Origin: Eledone cirrhosa
Lineage: Eukaryota
NCBI GenBank assembly: GCA_964016885.1
Contig: OZ024743.1
Span: 111,972,001 to 112,036,000 of the forward strand
Direction: 5' to 3'
Length of the DNA stretch: 64,000 bases
The position numbers and the translations under genes are program-made. The notes beneath the pieces were generated by a model. It was not told the origin of the DNA and did no database searches. It was given only the letters and a program-made list of their open reading frames with translations. The first letter of the stretch is position 1. Every line of letters starts with the position of its first letter. Of the stretch, positions 29,101 to 43,325 are shown piece by piece.

Positions 29101-29377
29101 CATCATCATCTCCATCGCCATCATCATCAACATCATCATCACCACCATCATCATCAACATCATCATCACCACCATCATCATCATCACCATCACCATCATC
29201 ATCACCATCATCACCATCACCATCATCACCATCATCACCATCACCGTCATCACCATCACCATCATCGTCATCATCACCATCATCATCACCATCACCATCA
29301 TCACCATGATGATCATCATCATCATCATGATCACCATCATCATCACCATCACCATCATCATCGTCCTCACCACCACC

Positions 29378-29411
<34 letters not shown>

Positions 29412-29450
29412 CCACCATCATAACCACCATCATCATCATCACCATCATCA
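28870..29450. repeat. (CAT/CAC)n degenerate trinucleotide tract
   Basis: Read directly; the source of the poly-His/Asp/Met ORFs. Confidence 0.95.
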
Positions 29451-29748
29451 GTATTCACCTCTGAGGATTGATTCAATGAAAGTGTTACTACTTGCAAGTG
29501 TTCTGATATGGAAGATTAGAAATGAATTCGAAGCAAATGATTTGTTATAAACATTCATTTCTCTTCTAATATAGCAAGTTTGAAGCTGGTTGGCTTCTTT
29601 CCAAAACTAACCGAGGAATAGCGGCTGCAAACCAATCATATGGTCACCCCATCCCCCTCTTTCTCCCCCTCTCTTTCTCCCTCTTTCTCTCTCTCCCTCT
29701 CTCTGTATATATATATATATATATTTATTTATATATATATATGTATAC

Positions 29749-29798
<50 letters not shown>

Positions 29799-29812
29799 TT
29801 ATTTATATATAT

Positions 29813-29843
<31 letters not shown>

Positions 29844-30361
29844 CACAAACACACATACATACATACATATGTATGTATATTTATATAAGTACATATATTT
29901 GTTTATATATATGCATCGTTTCCTCTCTCTAACAATATATTTATGAGTAAATCACGGAAGGCGGGAGAGCATATAACCCTGGTTTGTAGCAAGCAAGGCC
30001 TTCCTACTAGTAAGATCGATACATGTGGGGATCAGCAGACCTAGTTGAAGATCGATGTAGATCCTATGAAAAATGAAATGTGGAGGCGTGTAGAAGGAAA
30101 AAGTAATCCAGAGATTTGCAACTCTGGAAAAATTGATTAATTGAGAGAAAAAAACTAGGTCTGTGTGTTTGTGACAGTGTGTGTTTGTGACAGAGTGTAT
30201 GTGTGTGTGTGTGTTTGTGTATATGTGTATGGGTGGGATTGTACTGCTATTACAACTCTGATATATAGACCCACATATATAAGCATCTAGAATGTACACA
30301 AAAATATTTACAAACTTATAATAAAAATATTGCAGATTTGTGTTCTTACACACATTCAGAA

Positions 30362-30427
<66 letters not shown>

Positions 30428-30499
30428 ATATTTATAAACACAGGCGTACACACACAAATTCCCTCACAATCACGCTCTCACATGCATATACATACAGAC

Positions 30500-30566
<67 letters not shown>

Positions 30567-30596
30567 CACGCACACACTCACACACACACACACACG

Positions 30597-30630
<34 letters not shown>

Positions 30631-33600
30631 CATATTTCGATTCTTGGTGGTATTACTGTCTACCATTTCCCATTTTCAATACTAAATTATATTACTTATT
30701 CCACTATTTTATAATTAATATATTTATTTGCTTTTCACATAAAAAGCAATAAATTTCAAATGTTTAAACACGCCCAATTTCTTCCTGAATATATACACAT
30801 ATATATATATATATGAAACATATCAGCAACCAAACCCACTTAGGCATCGAATACTTAAACTGGTGAACCAATAGTAACTTGATGTTACAAACCAATAAAA
30901 TACATATATATGTTTGTGTGTGTATCTATGTGCATCTATCTATATACACACACATGTATTTCTATATCTATATATATATGTGTGTGTGCGTCAACTTCTG
31001 GAAATCGCTATAATTTCAGTGCATTAAATTTTATACTATTCATTCCTGTGAACATGAGACGCAAAAAAACGGAAAAGAAGTTCAAATTTTGCATCGGCTA
31101 ATCAGACAAATAAAGACAATAGAATGCTACAAACCAATGCGGCAACTGAAAAGGAAAGATAGAATCGTGATGCGAGATAGCTTAGCCAGAAAGAGAAAAA
31201 TAGAAAGGAGAAAAACAGAAACAATAGAAAAATTGTTTTGACAACACATCTACATAAAAAGACATAAAGAAATCAAGGAAAAAAAACATAAAGTATGATA
31301 GATCTCGGGCGGTGTAATATCTATCTTTAGACAACTTTTAAAAAGACCATATCGAATACGAATAATAAAGGTGAGGAGGCAGACACAACAGAAATACCAC
31401 GGGAAAAAATTAATGTCTGAATACACACACACTCTCTCTCTCACACACACACATGCAGGCACACACACAGTGTCGAATTCAAAATCGTGAAGTTGTGAGT
31501 TCGGTATGAGCAAGACACTTTATATCATCTTGCTCCAGTTCACTCAGGTGAAGAAATGAGTTGCGACGTAACTGGTGCCAAGATGTAACGGTCAATGCGT
31601 TTCCCTTGGACAATATCGCTGGTGTGGAGATTGAAGACTTGCTAGTTTTCAAAAAAATTATATTGCGCGGGTTCATCCCGAAGAGGGACAACTTTTAGGT
31701 TCAAATTTCATGGTCATTCGAAACCGGAGTGTGTCTTTATATATATGATGATAATTGATTCATCTTATCATATGATAGTCGTCTCAATATTGTCTCAATG
31801 ACTCCAGTATGTGTGTACCCTCCCATGTGCATGGAGGTGACTTTTCAATCCAGCAACTGATTTACTATTCTTTAGCACAAGTAAAATATATATTTCTCTC
31901 TATGCTGTGTTTATTAGGTCAGTGTGTGGAATTTTATGTTGATGAACTTTCATATGGTGTTTTGACGGAGGGGGGGGGGGGGGGGGTATATCTTACCAAA
32001 AATGTCACAAGTAGTGACATTTGGAGGTGTAGGTAGATTTACAATATAATATGTCTGTGTTACTGTCTGTTTATAGGTTTGCATCTGGTTTATAAAACCG
32101 GATTATTAGAAGATACGATGACAGCAATAGCAATTCCATTAATCAACATTTTCAAACTCTACCAACACATTTCTTAGCGACCATTTTGCTTCTGCTTTTC
32201 CTTTTTTGTTTCATCTCATAACTGACACCCTGATTTAGTTGTCTCTCTCTCTATGTAGTACCATCTAGAGCTTGCTTGTACTATTGATTTATTTCTACAC
32301 CCATACGTTTTACATGTTGATTAATAGAAACTTTGTATCTTTTCTGAAGTTAATGCTCTGTGTTTTTTTCTCCGCACAAGCTCACGATAACAGATTTCCT
32401 TTGGAAACATTGCGTCATTCATGTGCCGTTGTTCATCATTCTCGACGCTGCATACACATGGCTTCACCGAAATTCTATCAGTGTGGCACCCGGGTGCTAG
32501 GCCTTGTCAACAGAGCCGTCCGTGATATAGACTTGGTCTGGTTATTTCTGTACCCGAAAACAACTAAGGGGGTCTCAATCCTGATAAAATTTTAAAGTTA
32601 CAACTCGAAAAGAATGAAAAATTAAATGACTTAAAAAAATGGAATGAAATAAAATAAAAAAAGTTATAGTTAAATAAAAATATACAAACATTCTCACAGT
32701 CTCTATCACACACAATTATATACTTATATACAGTATCTTAGATGATCGTTGCGTCTCAATAGTTCTTCCACCCTATGACGGGTTTTGTTTTTCAACCCGC
32801 AGATTGGGGTTGCCACGGTTTAGTCACCGACGACCCGATTATTTGACAGGTTGTACTAGGCTGCAAGTTACGAGTAGCTAGAGGGTGACCTGACGTTATA
32901 TATATAAATATATATATACGTGTGTGTGTGTGTGTATGTATGTTTATGTGTATATTTATATACTGACACTATGACACACCTTGCCATTATGGAACATTTC
33001 ATAAGCTACCAATGAGCCCTCTTTGCGTTCGCTCTTCTAGTGGGGATTAGAAGACGAATTCCTCACATAACTACATTCTACAACCCTAAAAATCACATCA
33101 GACTACAAGTATACCCAACGGCCTTAAGATCGTAACGCAGGGAATGTCTTTGTTAATAAATCTTCAAAATCAGAACTAACCTGCAGCTGTAGAAACAAAA
33201 AAGAACACGGGATACATCAAGGGAAACTGTACGAGGATCCATCCCCTGCTATTGATAACAACTATATCCCATTTAAATTACAAGAGGAGGCATATCGGAT
33301 AATATAGTACTAAACCTGAAATGTCTACAAGTACAACTAGATGTGTATGTTTGGTCAGCCTTTGATCATGTGTCAGCTTGGTGAGGGCGAAACAACAACA
33401 TTAACAACAAGAAGAATAGCAACAACAACTACAACATCTATAAAAGCAAAAACTATAAATGCAACTACAACTACAAAAAACAACAGGTACAGAAGCAACG
33501 ACGGCCATATTAAAAACAATAAACCACAACAGTAAAATCAAAAGCAACAACACCTACAACAGCCACAACAAGAAAAATAATAAAAAAGATAGGTGTTAGG

Positions 33601-35769
33601 AATTTGAACTCGCGTCACAGATGTGTGTTTGAAGATTCCATTATGATTCCTTCGGTAAGTGGAATGCTTTTCCCTTCATTGTCGTCATCGTTATTAACAG
33701 AAAATCATTCACTGATGTCATCAACTTGCGTCATTAGTCTCAGTAGCTCTCTTGATAACATCAATGTACAAGTTCATACACTGACAAAATCACTTACATA
33801 CACATGCGCACGCACACATAAACACACACAATATATATATACACACAACGCACGCGCGCACATAACACACGCATACTGCATACACATATGCATACGCTCA
33901 TACAGGCGTACTACACACTCACAGAAACAGATAACGCTGGAAGACACACACACACACACACATTCCAAGCACGTGTCTCGAGCATATACGCATGCCATCA
34001 AATATGTGTCCGTACGTGGATCTACACATAATACATATAAAAGAAAGCACACACACACACACATACACGCACGCACATACACACGCACACACGCACGCAC
34101 ACACACGCACACACACGCACACACACGCACATACACACAAGCGCGCGCGCACACGCACACGGACACACACACACATGGATCTGTGGGAGTAAACACGATG
34201 TATATACATTCATAAACATTTGCTCGCACTTACACATGGGCGCAGACACACGCGTTTACACTCGGGCACATGCAAGCACCTGATTACTCATGTGCACATT
34301 TGATTAGAGATGTGCACGTAGTCCCGTCCACATAAACACATTTGAAAGAATGTGTATGTATGTATGTACACACGGGAGGGCTCAGGCAAGTATACACAAT
34401 GAAAGTAAATATTTTCACTTATACACATACATCTGAATATATTCATGTATAGTTACACCAATACAAACACACGCACAACGACAATAGTACAAAACACAAA
34501 CACTGCTATAACATTGACATATACACACATAAGTTAATACTCGTACATTAAAAGACATGTATACACATATGTAAACAATAGAGTAGGCATTTGCATGCAC
34601 GCACTTGAAAATACTCATGCACAATCACCACGATACCAAAGCCCCAGACAAATTACATATAAACTATATGTACAGTATATACATGTTCACATTTACATGC
34701 ATACATTTTCACATTTACCTACATACATACACAAATATACACTTACATAAATACATGCATTATTCCAAACTTATATACATACATACATATGTACACACAC
34801 ATACCTAAATACATTTATAGTGTAATGTCTTTCTTAAACCGGGACTCTTCCTTGTCATTAAACGACTGAGAATACAAAACTCTGAAGAGAGGGGAACACC
34901 AGATTCATTCCTGATAGCCGGTGTTATTACGAAGTCCATAGATGGTCTACCGGAACACTTGCTGATCTGAAGTAGGATTCCAGCTTAACACCCAAAGTGC
35001 GCCGATGCCTTAATTTGGGCGCCTTTACGCTCTCTGTTGCGATTGTTCGTCTCTGCTTGTACTACAAGTGCTAGAAGGAGGACTGATTTCCTATCCAAGC
35101 TTTGTAGGCCTCATTCTTTGCTCGGATGGCAGCTTGATGTGGCGCCCAATGGCGGGAGCAACCCTTGGTTTAATCAAGAATTTCATGAATTCATCTTTTA
35201 TTATCACAGGGAAATACATAAATTTTGTATGTTTACATGTCTATATATTAAAACATGTAATTTTCACATAAGGATTTACGTAGTCTCGGTCAAGTTTATG
35301 TTATACATATATACATATATGTAGTGCAGAATGGATTATATATCTAAATTAACGATCAACCTGAACCCTAAAAATAAGTAAATTAGTTCGTCCATTTCAG
35401 CATATTAATATACCTCAGAGAGCAAGCTCACAGCGTAGTAGTATAAATTTCCTTCTGGTTTGCTACTTACATACTAAATGTTTGTATATACATTTTCACG
35501 TAGTCTCGGTTACCTCAATAATGTATATATACAGATATACCACAATATGTGCATGTGTGTGTGGGTGGGGGGTATGTGTGCGTCTGTGTGTGTCTGTTGG
35601 TGTCTGTGTGCCTGTGTGTACGCGTAGCATAGAAGTTAAATATTCTCTGCCAGTAAATTTGGTGCTAGGTGGACCATTCATATGGTGGATGTAAAAGGAT
35701 TTAACTATATCAAGCTAAAGTATGCTCTATTTAGCATGAAACGGGAAATCAAGAATGTTATTTATGATA

Positions 35770-35974
35770 AATGATAAATCTATGAATGATAAATATATGA
35801 ATGTGATACGATGTATTGAACACTCATGCTTATTAGTGAAACCACTTACAAATGTGTATTACATTTCTGTTTATATACATGCACACGTATACAAATGTAG
35901 AGACACACGCATGCATATATATATATATGTACATATATAAATAAATAAATATACATACATACACACTCACACAA

Positions 35975-36013
<39 letters not shown>

Positions 36014-36246
36014 TATATATATACACACACACATATATATATACACATATATGTGTGACTGTATGTCTGTATATTTATTTATTTATATATGTACATATAT
36101 ATATGCATGCGTGTTTCTCTACATTTGTATAGGTGTGCATGTATATAAACAGAAATGTAATACACATTTGTAAGTGGTTTCATTAATAAACATGAGTGTT
36201 CAATACATCGTATCACATTCATATATTTATCATTCATATATTTACG
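35770..36246. repeat. Inverted duplication (~200-bp arms) centred on (TA)/(CA) microsatellite; no ribozyme seen
   Basis: atgaatgataaatatatgaatgtgatacgatg... is mirrored by ...catcgtatcacattcatatatttatcattcat. Confidence 0.9.
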
Positions 36247-36301
<55 letters not shown>

Positions 36302-36440
36302 TACATATATATATATATATTTATATAAATATATATATATATATATAACGAAGGAATTGTGGTAAGGAACCAGATAGACCATAACGCACCAAAGTAATCA
36401 ATACTTAGGGTAGTAGAGTGGGTAATAGGAAAAAGTATGA

Positions 36441-36534
36441 CCCCGACGGCAGAGCTCAAGCCGTTTCGACGGCTATTTCTGGACTAAATAAGAATGTTTA
36501 GCCTGGTAAGTAAATAGCCAAACTTCTCAAGGGG
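36441..36534 (-). ncRNA. pLTR hammerhead, U3-A8 core, extended helix II
   Basis: Minus strand: cccc-TTGAGAA-gtttggctattt..ggctaaa cattctta tttagtc..aaatagccgtc-GAAA-cggc ttgagctct gccg-TC-gggg. Confidence 0.8.
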
Positions 36535-39095
36535 AATTTTTTTATATGGGAAGATAGTAATTGTCAAGATGATTGGTTAAAATTTGTTATAAAGACAGAT
36601 AAATCTATCATGGCATTTGGTGGGAGGTGGGGTGGTTGAACTTGCCGGTAGAACAAAGAGGGGGTGGGGAAAGCCAGTCAGGTGTTGGAGATCGGCGGTG
36701 GAAGGAATAGGATGAGATGGGGGGAAGAAGGGAAGGCAAAGGAAAAGATAAAAGGTTACTTCTACCTATGTAAGCAGGGGTTTCCCCTTACAAAATGGCA
36801 AGTGGGGTTATCAGCCCTTGTCTATCCACCCGGGTCGTTATGGAGTTTGAGCGCGAGGTACGTCCTATGCAATCTGTGTTTGCATGCGGTTACCAGTTCG
36901 TCTTTCTTGTTTAGGAGTTGGTCCTTAGAAAACAACATTTGTAATGTTTCCTCCGAGCATAAGTTACACGGACGGCATCCTCCCGTGTAAGAGTTAGCTC
37001 TGGACATTAAACTCCAAGTGAGGTTGTGTGTTATATTATTATCTTTGAGGACCTAGATGTGGCCCGAAAGTGTAGTGGCCTGTCGCCGGACCGGGTTTCA
37101 GAAAGTATGTCGGTGTTGGTATAGCCGGGTCTTGAATTCGCAAGCGGTAAATCCTATATAAGCTTTGTTGGGGGTATCCGTCGTCACGTTGCACTGGTAG
37201 ATCACATTACGTTCTCGGCTTCTGTTGTTGAGGGAGCACATGGATCTATCAGGCCAGTTACACCTCCTGGTCGGCTCTCCACTGAGGTCTAGGTTATTTT
37301 TTCCATACGGGGTTGAGCTTTTTGTTGTTAGAGGAGACGATGTTTTGGGCGAAGTTATGTGTGGTGCTATGGAGAGTTTTATGGTGTTTTTGTTGATTAT
37401 GTTGTGGTAGCGGTGTTGTAGTGGGAAACGTTTTTCGAGGAACCTAAAAAGATTTCCCGATAGGTGTTGCCACCTCGGCATTATGGGGAGGATTAGACCA
37501 CGTTAGGTTGCCTGAGCGGCGGTGTCGCCTGTTAGTTCCGCTAATGGAAGCCACTGCACTTGAAGGCGTGGTTGTAATGAGGCGCATGTTCGTCGAATAT
37601 CTGCTCATTAGCGGACAAACGAGATATGTGGAGTGAGATGTTTTTAACCAGGTTATTTGTGATGTTTCTAGGATGGTTAGAGCGGCGGTGGATGTAATGC
37701 AGGTTGTCGTTTGGTTTCCTGTATGGTTAGTACATATAATTTTCGAGGAAGTTTACTCAGGTTAGGGACGTTTGTAGGGTTATTTTAAATCCCCAGTCCC
37801 GGAAGATGCTGATTAGTTGTTTACGGACCCGGTCGGTACTACTGGGTTTGTACCCTTTGAGGGTGAGGAGCCCATCATCGCGGTACAATCCACCGCCGAA
37901 TGCAGGAAACATTTCGGTGAGTTTAAATAGTAGGAATAAACTTATAACATCTGTGACCTCGGCCGAATCCGTCGCGCCCATACTGACGTCTAAAGGGGAG
38001 TCAGGAGCTCTCTTTATCCATTTGGAGTTTTCGAAATGTAGGACTGTCTTCCTGGCGTGGTGGATGATATTTCTTTCCTGGTCGGTGATAGGCGTGAGTG
38101 TTTCGGCTAAATCCAAGGCGGCCGTAAGCAGCGGTAAGGTAATTGATGCATAGTAACTCTCTATGTCAAACTGGATGAATTTTGTGTCTTATTTGTCCTC
38201 CATATTGCTGAACCATGAGATTACTTCCTGGGTACGTCTCGCATTTTTCTTAACTTTTGGTTAAACGCGGTCTAGGATTTCTTTACTGATTCTCCCTATG
38301 TCGGACTTCCTTGGGTTTATAAGCCTGATGGTTGGTTTGCGGTCGAAGTCGGATTTGTGGTCCTTCAGTGGTAAAGTAGGGAGTCCGTGGGTCTAGGGCT
38401 TCAGTCCGGTCGGCGACCCCGAGGCTGGAGGTAATGTGTTGTCCACCCGATTTATGTCCTCGATACATGAATGGTTGCTTTTTTATAGGTGGAGTTTAGG
38501 CTGCTCCTGATCAGTGTGTGGTATCAGTCGGGGTTGACGAAGTAGAGGTTTCCAGTTTTGTCCGAGTGCACCATGATGTCGTTGGTGTTTTCATACTCTG
38601 TTATTTTGCTACGGAGTTTTTGTAGGAATCTGTTGTGTCTGGATTTGAATTTAATGCTCTTGACCAGTTGGAAAAGTTCGTTCTCGAAGAGTGAGAGGAT
38701 AGGGTTAGAAGGGGGAGATTTGTAGGTATTAAATCCAACTCTCTCCCTGGTATCGAAGTCCTGATTGTCGCCGTCTTTTCGTAGAAAAAAAGTTCTCAAT
38801 CTTAATCTTTTCGCAAAGAGCTCGATTTTTGGCGTGAGCATCCGAAGGTAAAGTTTTCTCGGTGGAACTGGAATGTTCTTGGTGGAAACGTCGATGCTGC
38901 GTTTTCGCATGGTTCGGGTGAAAAAACTTGAGCTGGGCGGAAAAGTCTGGATATGGCGTGGTAGGGTCGGAAAGTGCTCTACTACGGAGATAAGAGTTAG
39001 ATAACGAAGGAATTGTGGTAAGGAACGAGATGGAACATTTCGCACCAAAGTACTCAAAACTTGGGTAATAGAGTGGGTAATAGGAACAAGTATGA

Positions 39096-39189
39096 CCCCG
39101 ACGGCATAGCTAAAGCCGTTTTGACGACTATTTCTGGACTAAATAAGAATGTTTAGGCTGGTAAATAAATAGCCAAACTTCTAAAGGGG
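39096..39189 (-). ncRNA. pLTR hammerhead, core mutated (TTTAGAA / AAAA)
   Basis: Aligns to 36441-36534 with G5 and G12 substituted. Confidence 0.6.
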
Positions 39190-39292
39190 AATTTCGTTAT
39201 ATGGGAAGATAGTAATTGTCAAGATGCTTGGTTAAATTTGTTATAAAGACAGATAAATCTATCATGGCATTGGTGGGAGGTAAGGGTGGCTG

Positions 39293-39852
39293 AACAGCCT
39301 AAACTCCACCTATAAAAAGGCTAACCATTCATGTATCGAGGACATAAATCGAGATGGACAACACATTACCTCCAGCCTCGGGGTCGCCGACCGCACTGAA
39401 CCCCTAGACCCACGGACTCCCTACTTTACACTGAAGGACCACAAAACCGACTTCGACCGCAAACCAACCACCAGGCTTATAAACCCAACGAAGTCCGACA
39501 TACGGAGAATCAGTAAAAAAAAGTCCTAGACCGCTTTATACCAAAAGTTAAGCAAAACGCGAGACTTAGCCTATGGGTCAGCACCCTGGAAGTAATCTCA
39601 TGGTTCAGCAATATGGAAGACAAACGAGACACAAAATTACCTTACCGCTCCTTACAGCCGCCTTGGACTTTGCCGAAACACTCACGCCTATCACCGACCA
39701 GGAAAGAAATATCATCCTCCACGCCAGGAAGACAGTCCTTCTTTTCGACAACTCCAAATGGATAAAGAGAGCTCCTGACTCCCCCTTCGAGGACAGTGTG
39801 GGCGCGACGGATTCGGCCGAGGTCACCGATCTTATAGGTTTATTCCTACAGT
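39293..39852 (+). mobile_element. Inverted RT segment of the same PLE family
   Basis: Reverse complement of ~37935-38505 (HARKTVLLFDNSKWIKR..GATDSAEV). Confidence 0.9.
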
Positions 39853-41700
39853 AGTGACTTACATTCCGCAGGCTCACATACATTCTCTGTGCGTGATTTG
39901 GCTCAGCTCAGCCAATCAGCGTCAGGAGAAGAGGATGTATCCCTACACGTTCTGAGGGAGAAATAGCCCGCGAAGATTTGAGGAATCTCAGCACTTGCAG
40001 CTTGACCATGCTAAGGTAAACACCAGTTGTTCTTTTGCTCCGTAAGCACAAACAATATGTAACGACATAACATTACATACGGACCTGGCCAAACGCCTCA
40101 GCCAGTCGACCGTATTTTATCTTGTAATCTTAATTGATTTGTTTTATTTCTCTTGGCATGCCAGCTCAACCTTTGTTAATAAATAATGTAAAAACAAGCT
40201 AAAGTTGTTGTCGATATTCCTATCATATCTTTCTAACATTGATGGTTCCTCGTGGCAACATTACAACTTCTAAACATAACTCTCCGCTAAATTGGTGACC
40301 CTCGGCGATTAAGTATGAAAACGCAGCCTATTTGAATTCGCCATTCGTTTTAATGGCTATGTGGATTGGCTTAACATTTGGAGTGTTCGAATCGGGTAGC
40401 TAGACTCACTTAGCGTAAGTCCATAAAATTCATAATATTCAATTTGTTGAAGCACGCGGCCTGCACAATATTTCTGTCATAACTTTCATGGTAACACTAG
40501 TAACTCACGCATACAGACGAACGGCAAAAAAAAATTTAATTAAACAAAAAAAGAATTTCTCTGGATGTGGAATTTTGCTTTCGGCGTTCTGTTGAAATTA
40601 CAAATGGAGACTCAGAAATTTTGTTTTCCCGCGTACAGCTTGTCTTCTCCAATCCCAGCCGTCTGATTGGCTGCATCGTGCCACATGACGGCTTCTTCAT
40701 CACAGACGCATTTTTCAATCGGCCATCTTGGATTTTCTTGCCGAATAATTTTCATGGAAAATAATTTTTTTTTTATTATTCAAATTTTCTTTAGAATATT
40801 TTAGACAAAAAAATTAGCAGTATTTCAAAAACTTTTCGCCACGAGGAAATTTCAAAACGGCTACCATCAAGTACCAGCCATCAGCAGCAACACATGGCTA
40901 AATATTAACCAACACCAGGGAACGGCTTGTAACTTTACCGACGCAACCACCATACCTTCTGTCTCGTTACCACAAGGACTCGAGAAATTAAGACATTAGT
41001 TTCCTCACCATTATGGCGTCAGACGTGGCTGCCATGTTGGTGACGATAGGTTCTTCAACGCTCGACTTCTACTCGAGAGAAGATTTATTGTGACTTTGAT
41101 TTAACAACAACAACAACTCTACTAGCTCCTTAGTAAGAGCGTTCCCAAAGAAAAAAGAAGCGAACTTTTTGTTAAAAGAAAAGAAACAATTCTTTCTTTC
41201 TTCCTTTTTTTTTCAGGCATTTATTTTGGACATTTATTTATTTTTTTTAAACTGTATTATATGAAAATTCATTTCTCTCTATCATTGTATATGTGACCGC
41301 ACGCACACATTTTCTTTGCTGTATTACATGCCTGCATATATACACACACCAACATGTTGTTGTCTATGGTATGTGATCTTCAAGCGTCGTAATATTCTGC
41401 GAGATCCCTTTTCACCTTCCGGAGGTACCAAAACATGCTATCGACACATGCAGCTTAATTCACCTGCACCGCAACACGAGAATGCTAATTGCAGCTGAAC
41501 TCAAACAGATTCGCATCTCGTTGCACATTCATCGTCCATAACAACCTCTATCTTGTTATCTTACCCAACTCACCGGGAAAACAACAAATAGAACTGGACT
41601 TGTCAGCATTTCCACCACTTCTGTGAATTCGCCCGAATTATGGAACTGCAACGCATCTACAGATTCAACTTGCTTTTACAGATTCAACTTGCGTAAGGTG
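39853..41700 (+). mobile_element. Insertion interrupting the PLE; possible LTR retrotransposon relic with a tRNA-Trp-like PBS
   Basis: ~430-bp segment with AATAAA, followed by TGGTGACCCtcggcgatt (40293-40310), which resembles the complement of the tRNA-Trp 3' end (TGGTGACCCCGACGTGATT). No second LTR or intact ORF seen. Confidence 0.4.
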
Positions 41701-43325
41701 TTTCAATCCTGCCCATAATGCCGAGGTGGCAACACCTATCTGGAAAATCTTCTTTATGCTCCTCGAAAAAACACTTCCCACTACAACACCGCTACCACAA
41801 CATAATCAACAAAAACACCATAACACTCTCCAATAGCACCACACCTAACTTCGCACAAAACATCGTCTCCTCTAACAACAAAAAACTCAACCCCTATGGA
41901 AGAAATAACCTAGACTTCAGTTGAGAGCCGACCAGGAGGTGTACCTGGCCTGATAGATCCATGTGCCCCCTTAGCAACAGATGCCGAGAATGTAATGTGA
42001 TCTACAAGTGCAACGTGACGTTGGATACCTCCAACAAAGCTTATATAGGATTAATCGCTTGTGACTTCAAGACCCGGCTATACCAGCACCGGCGTAATTT
42101 CCGAAACCTGGTCCGTCGACATGCCACTACACTTTCAGGCCACATCTGCGACCTTCAAGATAATAATATAACCTACAACCTCACTTGGAGCTTACTGTCC
42201 AGTGCTAACTCTTACGCGGGAGGATGCCGTCCGTGTAACTTATGCTCGGAGGAAACATTACAAATGCTGTTTTCTAAGGACCAACTCCTAAACAAGAAAG
42301 ACGAACTGGTAACCGCATGCAAACACAGATTGCGTAGGACGTACCTCGCGCTTAAACCCCATAACGACCCGGGTGGGTAGACAAGGGCTGATACCCTCAC
42401 TTGCCGATTTTGTAAGGGGAAACCCCTGCTTACATAGGTAGAAGTAACTTTTTTTCTTTTCATCTACATCCCCTTCTTCCCCCCATCTCATCCTATTCCT
42501 TCCACCCCCAATCTCCTACCTCGTCTGTCTTTCACCTTTCGCCTACCCCGATGCAGTCCATCGGTCCTCTGTAGCCTCAGTACTCCCTCCCTCGTAATTT
42601 TAAGATAGAATTGGCTTATTACGCTTTTTATAGCTGGTGTGGTAGACCCTGTTAGTGTTTCTATGTTGTTACTACTCCATTTCTACAATCTCTAAATTCC
42701 TTATATAATATTTTTGTTCTCAACTCATTTACCTTTCATCGTAAGATAGCATTGGCTGATTACGCTTTATTTATTTCAAAGACGGCTTTGAAATTTTTTT
42801 CACTACCAACTACAATCTCGTTTTTTTCCTATTCTCTACCTATTAAACTTTGCTATAGATTAGCAATACCTACTAATTTTTAGCAGCTGTTTTTGTTTTT
42901 TTCATTTCTCACTATCTATATTTTATTTATATATTTATTTTTATAAATAGTTTTATTTTACTCCCTTTCGACCTACCTATTATTTCACCCCCTCCCCTCC
43001 TTTTCTCCAGTACAATTTTTCGAGCTTTTGTACACTTTCTTTAGTATCTGCTGTATAGACTTCACTTTCAACGCCTGACTGGCTTTCCCCACCCCCTCTT
43101 TGTTCTACTGGCAAGTTCAGCCACCCCTACTTCCCACCAACTGCCATGATAGATTTATCAAATTTTAACCAATTTTAACCAATCATCTTGACAATTACTA
43201 TCTTCCCATATAAGGAAATTGCCCTTGAGAAGTTTGGCTATTTATTTACCAGGCTAAACATTCTTATTTAGTCCAGAAATAGCCGTCGAAAGGGCTTGAG
43301 CTCTGCCGTCAGGGTCATACTTGTT

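Larger units (their letters stand above)
36345..39295 (-). mobile_element. Near full-length, decayed Naiad-like Penelope element with direct pseudo-LTRs (36345-36645 and 39000-39295)
   Basis: Fragments STKNIPVP, SDKTGNLY, FIQFDIESYYASI (manual), HARKTVL, DVSMGATDSAEV, GLYRDDGL, NVIYQC..YIG, CNLCSEE..LNKKDE..CKH. Terminal direct repeats contain an HHR; the 3' end runs into (TA)n. Confidence 0.93.

Noticed and set aside
29456-29497. CTGAGGA-ttgattcaat-GAAA-gtgttac-TA hammerhead-like string
   Set aside because: No helix I pairing and an implausible helix II loop.
28852-29550. Poly-His / poly-Asp / poly-Met ORFs
   Set aside because: Translations of a (CAT/CAC)n microsatellite that is open in several frames; no splice or domain support.
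34897-34955. CTGAAGA..aacacc/ggtgtt..GAAG..ccatagatgg-TC hammerhead-like string, and a nearby TGGCGCCCAA PBS-like motif at ~35140
   Set aside because: GAAA box altered, no helix I, and no TG..CA LTR boundary at the putative PBS.
41915-41960. TGA in the Naiad-like ORF as possible selenocysteine
   Set aside because: The paralogous arm has Gly (GGA) at this position, not Cys, so it is an ordinary nonsense mutation.
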